From Felis catus (taxonomy: Eukaryota), in contig NC_058369.1 of the NCBI RefSeq assembly GCF_018350175.1, positions 3,784,001 through 3,848,000 on the forward strand: a stretch of 64,000 nucleotides of DNA. Direction: 5' to 3'. Both the position numbers and the translations under genes were made by a program. Positions within the stretch are counted from its first letter, which is position 1, and the number at the start of each line of letters is the position of its first letter. This document shows positions 1 to 11,780 of the stretch, piece by piece. Under the pieces are notes generated by a model, which was not told the DNA's origin, did not search any database, and saw only the letters and a program-made list of their open reading frames with translations.

Positions 1-3000
1 GCCCTCCCCCAGGGTGCTTATGTGGAGGGGCCGGACGAGGAGAGGGCACAGTAGGTGAGTGCTCCCAGCGACCAGGGAGGGTGGATGGGGCCCTGCTGTG
101 CCCTCTGTGCACCTGTCTCCTCACGCGTTTTTATCCCCTCCGCATCGTAGCCAGAGCTGCTGAGGGCAGGTACTAGCGGGCGGCGACACCTGACCACTTC
201 GTCCCTGTAGCTCAGAGCACACAGTAGTCGGCACGCAGGAGACAGGGCTCTCTCTGAGCTGCGAGTCCGAGACCCTTTTGCTCTGGGTTCTTCTGATGGC
301 TTGTGTTGCAGATTCGAACCTTGGTGCCTCTCTTTTTAAACATCCTAAAGCCTTAGGAAGTTAAAGGCCCGTAAAGCACAGGTCCACACCGGGTCAGCTG
401 TTCTGAAGGCTGCAGGCGGCTTGCCGCCAGCCCCGGGTGACGGGAGTCCCTTGGGGAAGCCACTCCCGCGACTTGGGCCTCGTGTGATGTCTCTGCTGGT
501 AGGTGTGGCACCTTGGGACTGATTCGGGAACAAAACCCCACCCGCACGCCCACCACCCCAGAGGAGAGGAGAGAGACCCGCCCCGACGGGGTGGGTCCTG
601 CCAGGCCCTCCGAGGCCCTTTCGGGCTCTGGCGGCTATGTTTCCCCGGTGAATGGCCAGCTCGGGCGGCAGATATGGAGGGCAGGGGGCCCAGAGAAGAC
701 GGAGCCTGAGGCCGGGCCTCTGCGCGCCAGGCTCCGGACGCTTCCTGGCACCCGGCGAGAGCTGGATTCCGGAAGCAGATGGAAGGGGTGTGCAGCCTGC
801 TCTCCTGGGTATGAAGACCAGGACCGCAGTAAGTCCTCACGAGGACGTCCGTCTTGGTCGGCTCCAGCTGCTGTAATGAAGTACCGTGGGCGGGGCGGGG
901 GGGAGGTTATAAACAGTGGGAACGGGTTCCCCACACTTGGGGAGACTGGACGTCTGAGACCAGGGACCAGCGAGGCTGGGCTCGGGTGAGAGCCGTCTGG
1001 CAGATTGTGGACGGCTGCCTTCTCGCCGGACCCTCGCGTGGAGGAGGTGGGGACAGGACGGGGCGGGGAGTGGGGGACTCCGTTTCACTGTAGTTACCTG
1101 CTGACGTCCCCGTCTCTGCTTGCAGTCGCGTTAGGGGTTGGGGCTTCAACACGGGAACTCGGGGCGGGGGCGGGGGGGACACAACTCCGTCCATAGCACG
1201 GAGTCTGTGGTGGCTCCCCCGCGGGTCCTTCGGCCTCAGGCTACCTATAAAGGTCGCCCTGCCCCCCACATCGAGGGACCGCACGCTTTCTGTAAAGGGC
1301 CCCACGCGGTCTGTGTGGGACGGCCCCACCCTGCCGTCGGAGCGCCCGCACAGCCGTGGCCGCGGCCGCGTGCCAGGAAAACCTTATTCATGCTCAGGTG
1401 GGGGCCTGCGTTTGCCCACCCTCGCCTCAAGGGACACTCCTGCCCAATAAAGAGATTTAGGAAACTAAGCAGCTTGGTCGGCGGGTCGTTGGGCCCCACG
1501 GTTGAAAGGGCCCCGGTAGGTGTTTGACGAACGTCCTTGGCTTGTTCTGAAGATTTTTGGTCGTGATGGCGGCTTCAGTGTACTTGGGATGGCGCGTAGC
1601 GTGACTCTTGAGATGACGGACCTCTCCTGAGGATGGTTCTGCCACTTAAATGGTGTCCCGGCCCGACGGGCGGACCTATCTCGTTGCCCAGGACTGTTGA
1701 CCAGCCTGCTTACAGTTCTGGATCGAGCCGGCTCTGTCTGGATTTCTCACTTCCTTGGGTGAGATCCCTCGGGGTAGGGGTGGGGCTGGCGGCTGCTGTC
1801 CCCACCAGCCTGGCCTTGGTCGGGGCAGGCTGGGCAGGCCTGTCCTCGGAGGGGTTCTGGTTTTGCGAGGGGGGGGGCACTGTCTCTCCTCTGCTGTCGT
1901 TTCGCAGCACGCGTTTTGCCCGCGTTGCGGGAGGGCCACCGCACGTACCGCGTGAATGAGCTACAACCCGGCTCTGGGAGGCAGGCTGTCGGGCCCCTCT
2001 CGATGTGAGGCGTCGTCAGGGAACCAGGTTCCGCCCGCGGGTGTGGGCGGTGTCCACCCTGCCCCGGCCCACACTGTGCCTCTTGGCTGCCCGCGGGCCG
2101 ATGGAGGGTATGAGGGCACAGGCCGAAGCCACGGGTGCCGGGCCCAGCGCGGGGCAGGGAGCCCAGGATCGGGGCGAGGCGCGGCAGCCTGCGCGTGGAC
2201 GGGAGGCCGACCCCAAGGCAGGCAGGTCCAGGGCGGGGATCTGCAGGTCAGGCAGCTGTCTGGGAACAGACCGTTGGTGGAGGCTGGCAGTGGGGGGGAC
2301 CCCGTGCCACAGTGAGCCTCTCCCCGCCTCCCCCACCCCAATTCCCGCCTCTTGCCTTCGCTTCCTCCTCGGATCCCAGGTGGCCCCGCCTGGCACTGAT
2401 GCAATCCCCAGCCACCTGCCTTGGCTGATTAGGGCAGAACAGGTGCCACTCAGCGTGCTAGTGACTGAGCCCCGCTCCGTGCAGAGCCCTTCCACGCCCG
2501 GTTCTGGGGGCTGGGGGCTGTGGGCCCTGACCGTGGTACGGGAGGCCCTGGGGCGGGGGCCTCGGACCCGGAGGGGGCCCCTCAGACCTCCTCCCCCGCA
2601 TCGGCGCCCCATTTCTCATCGGAAACTAACGACACGGCCAGCCCGTGACAGCCGTGTGACAGCAAGCACGCTCTCTCTGTCGCCGGCGCCGACGGGGGGC
2701 CGCTAACTTAGGGAGCTGACGCGAGAGCAGCAGAGACCGTCAGCTTGAGTGACTCCAGCAGATCCTTGAAAACGCGTGTCCCAGAGGGTTTGGGGGAGGG
2801 ATGGGGGCCGGAGGGGGAGGACGAAAACGAATAGGGCCGTTTGCTCCGGGCCTCCCGCCCCGGGCCCTGCTCAGAGGCTGCCCGAAGCTCCTGCCCCAGC
2901 CGCCTCCCGGGTCACCCCGGCAACGCCAAGCCTCTGCGCGTGCTCCCCGCTGGCCACAACGAAACAGCGGTGTGTGATGGTCCCACGGGGGCCGTTGGGG

Positions 3001-4126
3001 GGCTGGCACGTTCAGCCCCAGGAAGTCGCTTATGAGGGAGAGCTGAGGTCCCTTCGTTGGCCTTAGCAGCCTTGTCTCCCTGTGTGGTGGGCCGACGGGA
3101 GCCCGTGGGTCCGTGGCACCTGCTCCCGAGCCCGGCTGTTCCGCCGTGGAGGTGACGTGGCCGTGTCCTGAATCCCAGCGGCTGTCATCCCCTCCCCGGG
3201 TGCCCGTCTGCTCCGCTCTCCGCCCCCGCCGGTGACCAGCCCCACCGTGGCCAGAAGCGGGCCGGACTCCAGGCCGCCAGGCAGTGCTCCGTGGAGCACA
3301 TCCACGTGTCCCCCTCCGTGCTGCACACAGGTGCTTTTTCTAATTACTTAAGGAGAAGCGATTGCAAAGCCACTCGATACAAATCCCTTAAGCTGCTGTT
3401 GATGGTGACTCTGGGGAGGCTGTGGCCGGGCCAGGAATCTGAAACACGGGCACCATCTGTGCTCCCGCCACTGCGAAGCCAAATTATACCGCCAGCCCTT
3501 CTCTCCTGCACAATTTTTCATTAAATGAATTGCATTTGCTGGGAATCGCTTGTCCACAAATGGTCCCTCCTGCTCAGCGTGGCGAGGTTATCGCTGTCCC
3601 CGAGTCCGAGCTCCCGGTTCCAGCCCCGGGAGGAGTGGGGGGTGGGGCCTGGGTCCGCAGGAGATTCCTCTGGAAGTTTCCCGGAGCCCCTCCTGCAGCC
3701 CCACGGCGCCCACCTCAGATCGGGGGTCCTCCACGTTCCCTGCTTCCGGGGCAGATCGAGGACCCTTGGAAGGGGAGGCAGCAGGCTCCCTTCCTTCTCG
3801 CTGTCGTTTCCATTGAGAAAGCGGCGGTGACGGCGACACGGTTGTAAAGGGAGGGCGAGACGTGTGTTTAAAATGGAAATAGGTTTTAAGCCACGGTTTC
3901 GGAAACGGGCTTCTCCTAAGCCCATTCATTTGACAGGGGGCAGAAAGGGGCAGGAGTTCAGAGTCCGAGCCACAGGGGCTGCGGTGGATGTGCAGGTGTC
4001 CCTGGGCACGTGTGTCCCCGAAGGGTGGCTGCAAGTGCAGCACCCCAGGGTCACGTCCCCCCCCACTCCCCGAGGTGCCCTAGGCTGCCTGCTGCGGGGG
4101 CTGGTTCATCTTCAGAGTCTAGACTA

Positions 4127-4333
4127 GCGGGCCGCACACCAGGGCCTGTGCCACACCCGGCCCTTCGCCTGTTTTCCTAAATCGAGTTTTATTGGTGTGA
4201 AGCCACCTCTGTTCGCTTACGTGCTCATCTGTGACGCTCCTGAGCTCCAGCAGCAGAGTTGAGAGGTTGTGGCGGAGACGGGGCAGTCCACAAAGCTGAA
4301 GATGCTCACTGCCTGGCCCTCTGCCAGCTCTGC
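4127..4333. mobile_element. MER58-like hAT DNA transposon remnant
   Basis: Typical motifs (cctgttttcctaaat..gttttattgg; cagcagagttgag..gttg; cacaaagctgaagat) with CTAGAC-type flanks; family from recall. Confidence 0.6.
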
Positions 4334-5361
4334 CCTAGACCAGTGTCCCCTCTGTTTCTCTCCCTTGTGCCAGTAGGATGATTTTCCAGCCCCATCTCGG
4401 TCTCATCCCGCAGGTAAGTAGGAGACCAGGGCTGCCTGGGTTCCTCCTCTGCTGACTGAGGAGGGTCATTGGCTCACTGGGCAGAGCCCAGCTTCCAGAA
4501 TCTTCGGCTGGCTTTTCTGGCCAATGACTCCCCGAGGTGTTAAGTGTCCCCGGGACACCTGCGTGCCTCCCCCACGGTGCCCAGCCCCAGGGCTTATGCG
4601 GTGACCTGGAGGAGAGAGAGGCTCCAGGAACATGTGGCCTGTGGGAGTCGTTCAGGGCCCAAGAGGGACGGGTCTAGACAGCAGAGGAGGGGGCAAAAGG
4701 GACGCCATTTCAGCCTGTCTTTGCCACACTCGTTTGCCCCAGCGGTCGAAGCTCCCAGACACAAAGGACACTCCAGCCCAGGCAGCGTTCCTCCAGGCCG
4801 CCCGGCACACCGTGCCAGCCCCCTTCCTCAGCCGGTGCTCTGTGTCCGAGTTCTCGCCACCCCGGGGCCGGCTGCTGAGCCTCCGGGTCCTGGCTTCCTC
4901 TCCCCAAACCCACGAGGCAGGGATCGGGACCGGCCTGTGTGCGTCCTTGGGCACCCTGTACCTGCTCGGAACCACTTGTGTTTCCTTTTTTGCTCTCGGC
5001 CTTTTGGGGCTGACAGCTCTTCCCTCTTCCTTCGTAACCTTTGGCGTTGCTGCTGTTAGGAAGCATTTCTTGTGCATTTTTACCCACTTGGGGGCTCGTG
5101 TGTCCGACAGGAGGGAGATTTTGCTTAAAGCCGACACCTGGGCGGCCGGAAAGTGGACCCCCGTGGCCTCAGGCTCCTTAGCTGCGTCTCTACGCCTGCT
5201 GACCCCGAGGCCCCCACAAAGGGTCTGCTGTCCTGTCCCTGGACCGTGTGCTGGGCGGTGGCTGTGACCCCACGGGGGCGGGCCAGGGGCTCGCACTGGA
5301 GGGCACGGCTTCCGCCCGGGACAGAAAGGTACCATCTCGTGTCTGAAGGTAGCAGTTCTAG

Positions 5362-5649
<288 letters not shown>

Positions 5650-5757
5650 TGAGTCACCCGGCGGCCCGAGCCGCTGCACCTGCCTGGCTCTGGTGATGAC
5701 TGTAAGTGACTCCCATTCTCACTCTTTACCGGGCTGCTGGCCGCAGGCTGTCCCTGA

Positions 5758-7220
5758 CCTCCCTCCTCCCCTCCTCCCTCTTCCCCTCCTCCCTCCTCCT
5801 CCCCTCCTCCCTCCTCCTCCCCTCCTCCCCCTCCTCCTCTCCTCCCCCCTCCTCCTCTCCTCCCCCCTCCTCCCCTCCTCCCCCCTCCTCCCCTCCTCCC
5901 CCTCCTCCCTCCTCCCCCTCCTCCCCTCCTCCCTCCCTCCTCCCCTCCTCCCCCCCTCCTCCCCTCCTCCCCCCTCCTCCCCTCCTCCCCCCTCCTCCCC
6001 TCCTCCCCCCCTCCTCCCCTCCTCCCCCCTCCTCCCCTCCTCCCCTCCTCCCCCCTCCTCCCCTCCTCCCCCCTCCTCCCCTCCTCCCTCCCTCCTCCAC
6101 CCCTCCCTCCCTCCTCCCTCCCTCCTCCCCCCTCCTCCCCTCCTCCCCCCTCCTCCCCTCCTCCCCTCCTCCCCCCTCCCCCCCTCCTCCCCCCTCCCCC
6201 CTCCTCCCCCCTCCCCCCTCCTCCCTCTCTCCTCCCCCTCTCCTCCCCCTCCTCCCCCTCTCCTCCCCCCTCCTCCCCCTCTCCTCCCCCCCTCCTCCCC
6301 CCTCCTCCCCCTCTCCTCCCCCTCCTCCCTGTCTCCTCCCCCTCCTCCCTCTCTCCTCCCCCCTCCTCCCTCTCTCCTCCCCCCTCCTCCCTCTCTCCTC
6401 CCCCCTCCTCCCCGCCTCCTCCCTGCCTCCTCCCCGCCTCCTCCCTGCCTCCTCCCCTCCTCCCTCCCTTCTCCCCTCCTCCCCGCCTCCTCCCCTCCTC
6501 CCCTCCTCCCTTCTTCCCCCTCCCTCCTCCCCTCTCCCCCCTCCCTCCTCCCTCCCTCCTCCCCTCCTCCCTCCCTCTTCCCCTCCTCCCTCCCTTCTCC
6601 CCTCCTCCCTTCCTCCCCTCCCCCCCTTCCCTCCCCCTCCTCCTCTTCCCTCCCTCCTCCCCTCCTCCCTCCCCTCTCTCCTCCCCCCTCCCCCCTCTCT
6701 CCTCCCCCCTCTCTCCTCCCCCCTCTCTCCTCCCCCCTCTCTCCTCCCCCCTCCTCCCCGCCTCCTCCCTGCCTCCTCCCCTCCTCCCTCTCTCCTCCCC
6801 CCTCCTCCCCACCTCCTCCCTGCCTCCTCCCCTCCTCCCTCTCTCCTCCCCTCCTCCCCGCCTCCTCCCCTCCTCCCCTCCTCCTCCCGTCCTCCCCTCC
6901 TCCCTCCCTCCTCCCCTCCTCCCTTCTCCCCCCTCCCTCCTCCCCTCTCCCCCCTCCCTCCTCCCCTCTCCCCCCTCCCTCCTCCCTCCCTCCTCCCCTC
7001 CTCCCTTCCTCCCCTCCCCTCTTCCTCGCCTCCCCCCCTTCCCTCCCCCTCCTCCTCTTCCCTCCCTCCTCCCCTCCTCCCTCCCCTCTCTCCTCCCCCC
7101 TCCTCCCTCTCTCCTCCCCCCTCCTCCCCGCCTCCTCCCCCCTCCCCACTCCCCTCTTCTCCCCCTCTTCCCCATCTTCCCCTTTCTCCCCCACCTCCCC
7201 CCTCCTTTCCTTTTCCTTCC
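5758..7220 (+). repeat. ~1.45-kb C/T-only low-complexity (CCT/CCCCT)n tract
   Basis: Almost exclusively C and T on the + strand; degenerate units such as cctcctcccc. Confidence 0.97.
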
Positions 7221-10200
7221 AACCCCCCTCTTGCCCTCCTCCTGTTTTTTCTCCAGGTGTTTCTCTGGCCTCCACTTCCCCCAAACACAGGCGATGGGCC
7301 TTGGGGCAGGTGGCGTCAGTGTGGTCAGGGTCTCAGGTTCCCTCCAACCCCTCGTTCTCCAGCTCCCGGAAGGCCAGCCCTTTGGCCCTTGGGCCGCACA
7401 GTTTCCTCTCTGGGAGGACGCGTGCGGACTGTCACTCTCCTGACAATCCTGGGCGCGAGAGCCCTGTTTCTGCGCATGGGCGCTGCGCGGGTCCCTTCTC
7501 GGCAGCTAGCGTGGCTGGGCTTTTTGCGTCTGTGGGTGCTCATCTGGCACTTGCCGAAACGTGCTGTTTGGATTCGCGATGACAGCAGTGACTGCAGAGT
7601 TCTTTGCACCCCTTTTGGGCTCAGAGGGCCCCCCTCTACCGCGTGGACCCTTCCAGGACAGGGTAGTCGCTGCCCGGCCCGTTGCCTGGCATTGGGTGGG
7701 GGAGGACAGGACAAGACGACAGCGTCCTCCTGGTGTGTCGCCGAGGCCGTAGGGGCGCGGGGGGCAGGTCTGGGCTGAGGTGGAAATCAGCGTGGTGCCA
7801 GGAACCAGAGACAGCTAGCCGCAGGGCCCGGCAGCGGCCTGGTGCCCAGAACGTCGGTCCGTTTGCTTTCTGTGGGAGCACCCGGGCTCCCCGGGTCTGA
7901 GTGCTCCCAGACAGCCTTCCGCCGGATTCCTTCTTGGTGCCCGCGGACCAGTCAGCAAATGCTTGCTGGGCCCCCGGCTGTGAGCCGGGACCTCGTGGTG
8001 AAGGGCCAGCCGGTCTCTCGGGGCCACTCGACTCCACGAAAGCCGCTGTAGACGATAGACACTCGATACACAAGCGAGCCTGGCGTGTCCGGGGAAAGCT
8101 TTATCGACGGACGACGGACGCTGAGGTTGGAATTTCGTATCATTTTCACCTGCCGCAAAGTATCATATCACTGTGCTCTGAACTTCCTTCACCCTCAGCG
8201 GCACCAAACTAGGAGGCTGGCGGATCTGTGCCTCGAGCAAGGCTTTTCCAGTGCAGCCACTTGGTCCCTTCTGGCTTGATCTTGACCGGGCTGGCAGCGG
8301 ACTGTGTCTCCCTGGGGCCTGGCCGCTGAGGGCTTGGGAGGCTGGGCCACATCCTTCCTTGGGGGAGCCCCGTCGCTGGCACTCCCACACACTGTGGGGA
8401 CGTCCTGGGAACTATTTCTGGGGAAAACCATCCTGGCCGGGTGGCCGTGCCGGTCCACAACCTGCCCCCGACCGGGCTGTCCTTGTTCCCACGTGTCCGT
8501 CTGTGAAACCGCGAATCTTGGGCAGACTCAGCCTCCCTACGTGTCTCCCCCACCCCGGGGCCCCTCTCTCTGAGAATGTTCCGGCAGCTCCTGAAAGCCC
8601 TTGTGAAGGTGAGTCTCCCTTTTCCGATTTCTTTTGTTGTCCGTCCTTTTGATTTCCGGCGTCAGCCTCTCCCCACTCTCCGCGTTCTTTGCCAAGAGCA
8701 GCTTCTTGCTGAGGCCGCCCCCCAGGCCAGACGTGCATTTGCATAATGGCTGATTGATTGTGGCTCCGGCTAATTGGTCAACAGAGCGGATTGCCGGCAA
8801 AGAGGCAGCCCGGCCAGGAACGGAGTGGCATCAGAGGCTGTCGGAAGAGCCTGCCCGGGACGAGGGACCACGGGCTGCCAGCCCAGAACCTTCCGTGCCA
8901 GAGGAAGCGCCCTGCAGCCCCGCTGCCTCGGCCGCCGCCTCACCCTCCTGGCCCCCTTGTCGGCCCCCGTGTCGTGTCGTGCCCACACTGTTCCTTTCTG
9001 GAGTGTTCCTGCCTTGCGCCTCTCCCTTTCTCGCTGCCGACCGGACCGGGGGAGCTGTTTTACTCCTGCAGGGAGACTGAGTAACAAATCAGTCGTGATC
9101 CCAAGGGTATAGTTGTCTTTAAAGCCTTTAAACATGGAAAACACAGCTGATTCCCTTCTCTTTCTTCAAAGTCACGGGTTGAGGGGGCCGTTCTCCAGAA
9201 AGGCTGACTAGGGACCCAAGGCCAAGCTGGACGCCGCTGTGCTCGGCCCGAGTTCAGTGACACTTAAAGTCCCGTGTGACTCTCTCCCGGCCACTGGTGC
9301 CCTGCCCCGACCCGCTGTGCCGGCCCCCCTGAGCCCCGGCCGGGATGGCACCCCCTGAACACCCTCCGGCCCAAGCCCGGGGCGATGCCAGCCCTGTCCT
9401 CACACCGGAGCCCCTCCCCTTAACACTGGGGACTCTGGGGGCCAGGTCAGTCTCTGGGGAGGACACATCCTGAGGTTAAGGAGCACCCCCGACCCAGCAG
9501 CACCCCCGGTTGTGACAACCACAGGTGCCCCCAGACACCATCTGGGGCCCCTGCCCAAGGGTGTGGTGCAGGGGCGCCCCCCTCCTGCCCGCTGCCCCCT
9601 CCATCCGTGAGTGCCCACGCGGCCTCTCCGCCTCCTCTGGCACCTGCAGCTTGTCCGTGGTCCTTGCTCAGACCGGCTCAGCCGGGCCGCCGCCCCCTAG
9701 GGCTTTCAGCCTTCCAGGTAGCACCCACACAGCGCACCCCAGATGTCGTCTCCAGGCAGAAGCCAGGTGTTGCCCTCTCCGGGAGAGTGATGTGGGCCTC
9801 TCTTGTCGCCCTCCTGTGGGTTAATCTTCCACACCAAACTCTGGTCGTGTGAGTTCACCCCGCCCGGTGACACACGCCATGAACCGTGACCTCCCTGCTC
9901 CTTGCTGGAAGGCCCCCTCCCCCTCCCCCGGTCCCTGAGCACCGGGAGGACCCTTGCCTGGGCGCCTCAGGCCCCCGTGGAGCCTGGCGCTGAGCCCAGG
10001 CCGGCGTCTCCGTGTTCTTCCTCCTCCCGTTCCGAACGAGCGGTCCCCCTGCGGGTGCACACGCTGCCTTTTCCTCTCGGCCCCTTGTTACTTCTGACGA
10101 GTGCTTCCAGAAGCGCTCTGCACCAACCGTGTGTTCCAGGAGGTGTGTGATATGCACCTTCCCCACAGCGCGATTAGTTTCTTGAAGGTGAGATCCTTTA

Positions 10201-11254
10201 GGTGCCGCAGGCCTGCCTGTCTCTGGGGGCGTGGAGTGCTGGAGGGAAAGGGGGAGAGTGTCTTGGGGCCAGGCGGTGGGGAGAAGGACCTTGGGCACAG
10301 AGCTCGCAGCCCCCTGTGCCCAGACGCAGCAGCCGTGCTGGCCCCGGGGCCCTTGCCGTGGCCTGAGGGTCCTCTGTGGAGGTAGAGACCCTGGGCGGCG
10401 GCCGGTCCTGTGAGAGCTGGCGCCTTGGGTGCTCTGGGCCCCTCTGTTGACCAGACCAGGAGCCCTTCCCCCGGCCTGCTGCACGGGCGGGGGTCCAAGA
10501 GGAGACCCCCACCCCGCCTCTCCTGCCGTCGGCGATCCCAAGAACCTGCTTCCGTATTGAAAATATTAGTGTAGGTATTTGGACTCGGTCCCAGTAATCA
10601 GTTCGTAGGAACCCACGGCAGGGACGCCCAGTCAGGCCTGGCCGGTAAATTCATGTTCTCCTCCACCCTCTCCTGAAACCACCGCCGGGAGCCCGGAGGA
10701 GTGACCGAGAACGGCAGAGGGAGGGCGGCTGCTGAGCAGCGCCCACAGACTTTGGCAGGAAGGAAAGGGTGGGCAAGCGGGTCCGCCTTCGTGGCGCTCT
10801 CTGGAAAGGCCCGGGAGACACGCCGGGGACTCCGGTGGGCTGGAGGCCGAGTGCGAGGCGTCGCGGGGCTCGGGTTGAGAGTCGGCAGAAGGTGGCGTGC
10901 CAGTCGGCCTCTCCAGTGAGAGACAAGAGCGGGGAGCCGCCGGCCACCTGACCCTCCCGGGCGCGACTGCAGGCAAGGAGGAGCCCGCAGCTCAGAAAGA
11001 CCTGGCTCCAGGCGGGCGGGCGGAGGGAGAGGTGAGCCGGGAGTCGGCTTGAGGAGTCTCCCAGAGCCGAGGGGTCGAGCAGAGGACGGGGCATCGGACA
11101 GCAGAGGCTCCCTGAGCAGCTCCGGCCTCTGCCAGGAGCTTTGGGCAGAGAGAAAAGAACATTGCCTGGCACCCAAGCGTTGCGTTCGCAGAGTTCCGAG
11201 TCGGGCACGGAGGACGAGAATGACCCACACTATGCACACGTCACTGTGCAGCTT

Positions 11255-11780
11255 CACAGCTCTGGGTTAAAGAGAAGATCCCAGAAGCTTCTGGAAGGAA
11301 CGGCCAGGCCCATGTAAAGAACAAGAGACCCTAAAGACATTGGACTTTGCACCCATGATGCTACGAGCCAACACACGAAGGAACAAGGCCTTCAGAAATT
11401 GGAAGGGAAACAATTTCCAACCGGAAAGTACGTACCCAGCCGGGGCGCCCGGGTGGCTCAGTGGGTTGAGTGTCCAACTCTTGATATCGGCTCAGGTCAT
11501 GATGTCGCGGTTCGTGATTTCAAGCCCCACGTCGGGCGCTGCGCTGCCAGTGAGGAGCCTGCTTGGGATTCTCTCTCTGCCCCTCCCCTACTCGCGCTTT
11601 CTCTCAAAAAACAAAAAACAAAACCTAGCAAAATTACCAACTCAGTATGCAAGGGGATAAAGATCTTTCTAGATCTCTAAAGCCTCAATTTCCCTTCCTT
11701 ACTGAGGAAGCTCCTGGAGGATATGCTCCAACTAAACAAGGGCATCAACCAAGAAGGTCGTCAGATCGAGGGACCTGGAT
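11255..11780 (+). mobile_element. Old L1 (ORF1-region) fragment interrupted by a SINE
   Basis: A-rich L1M-like text (gccttcagaaattggaagggaaacaatttccaacc...; aagggataaagatctttctaga). Confidence 0.5.
11442..11623 (+). mobile_element. Can-SINE (SINEC_Fc type)
   Basis: ggggcgcccgggtggctcag head, (CT)n linker, A tail. Confidence 0.9.

Noticed and set aside
1447..1452. Intronic AATAAA, and a donor-like aggtgagt near 54-60
   Set aside because: Isolated motifs with no supporting exon structure
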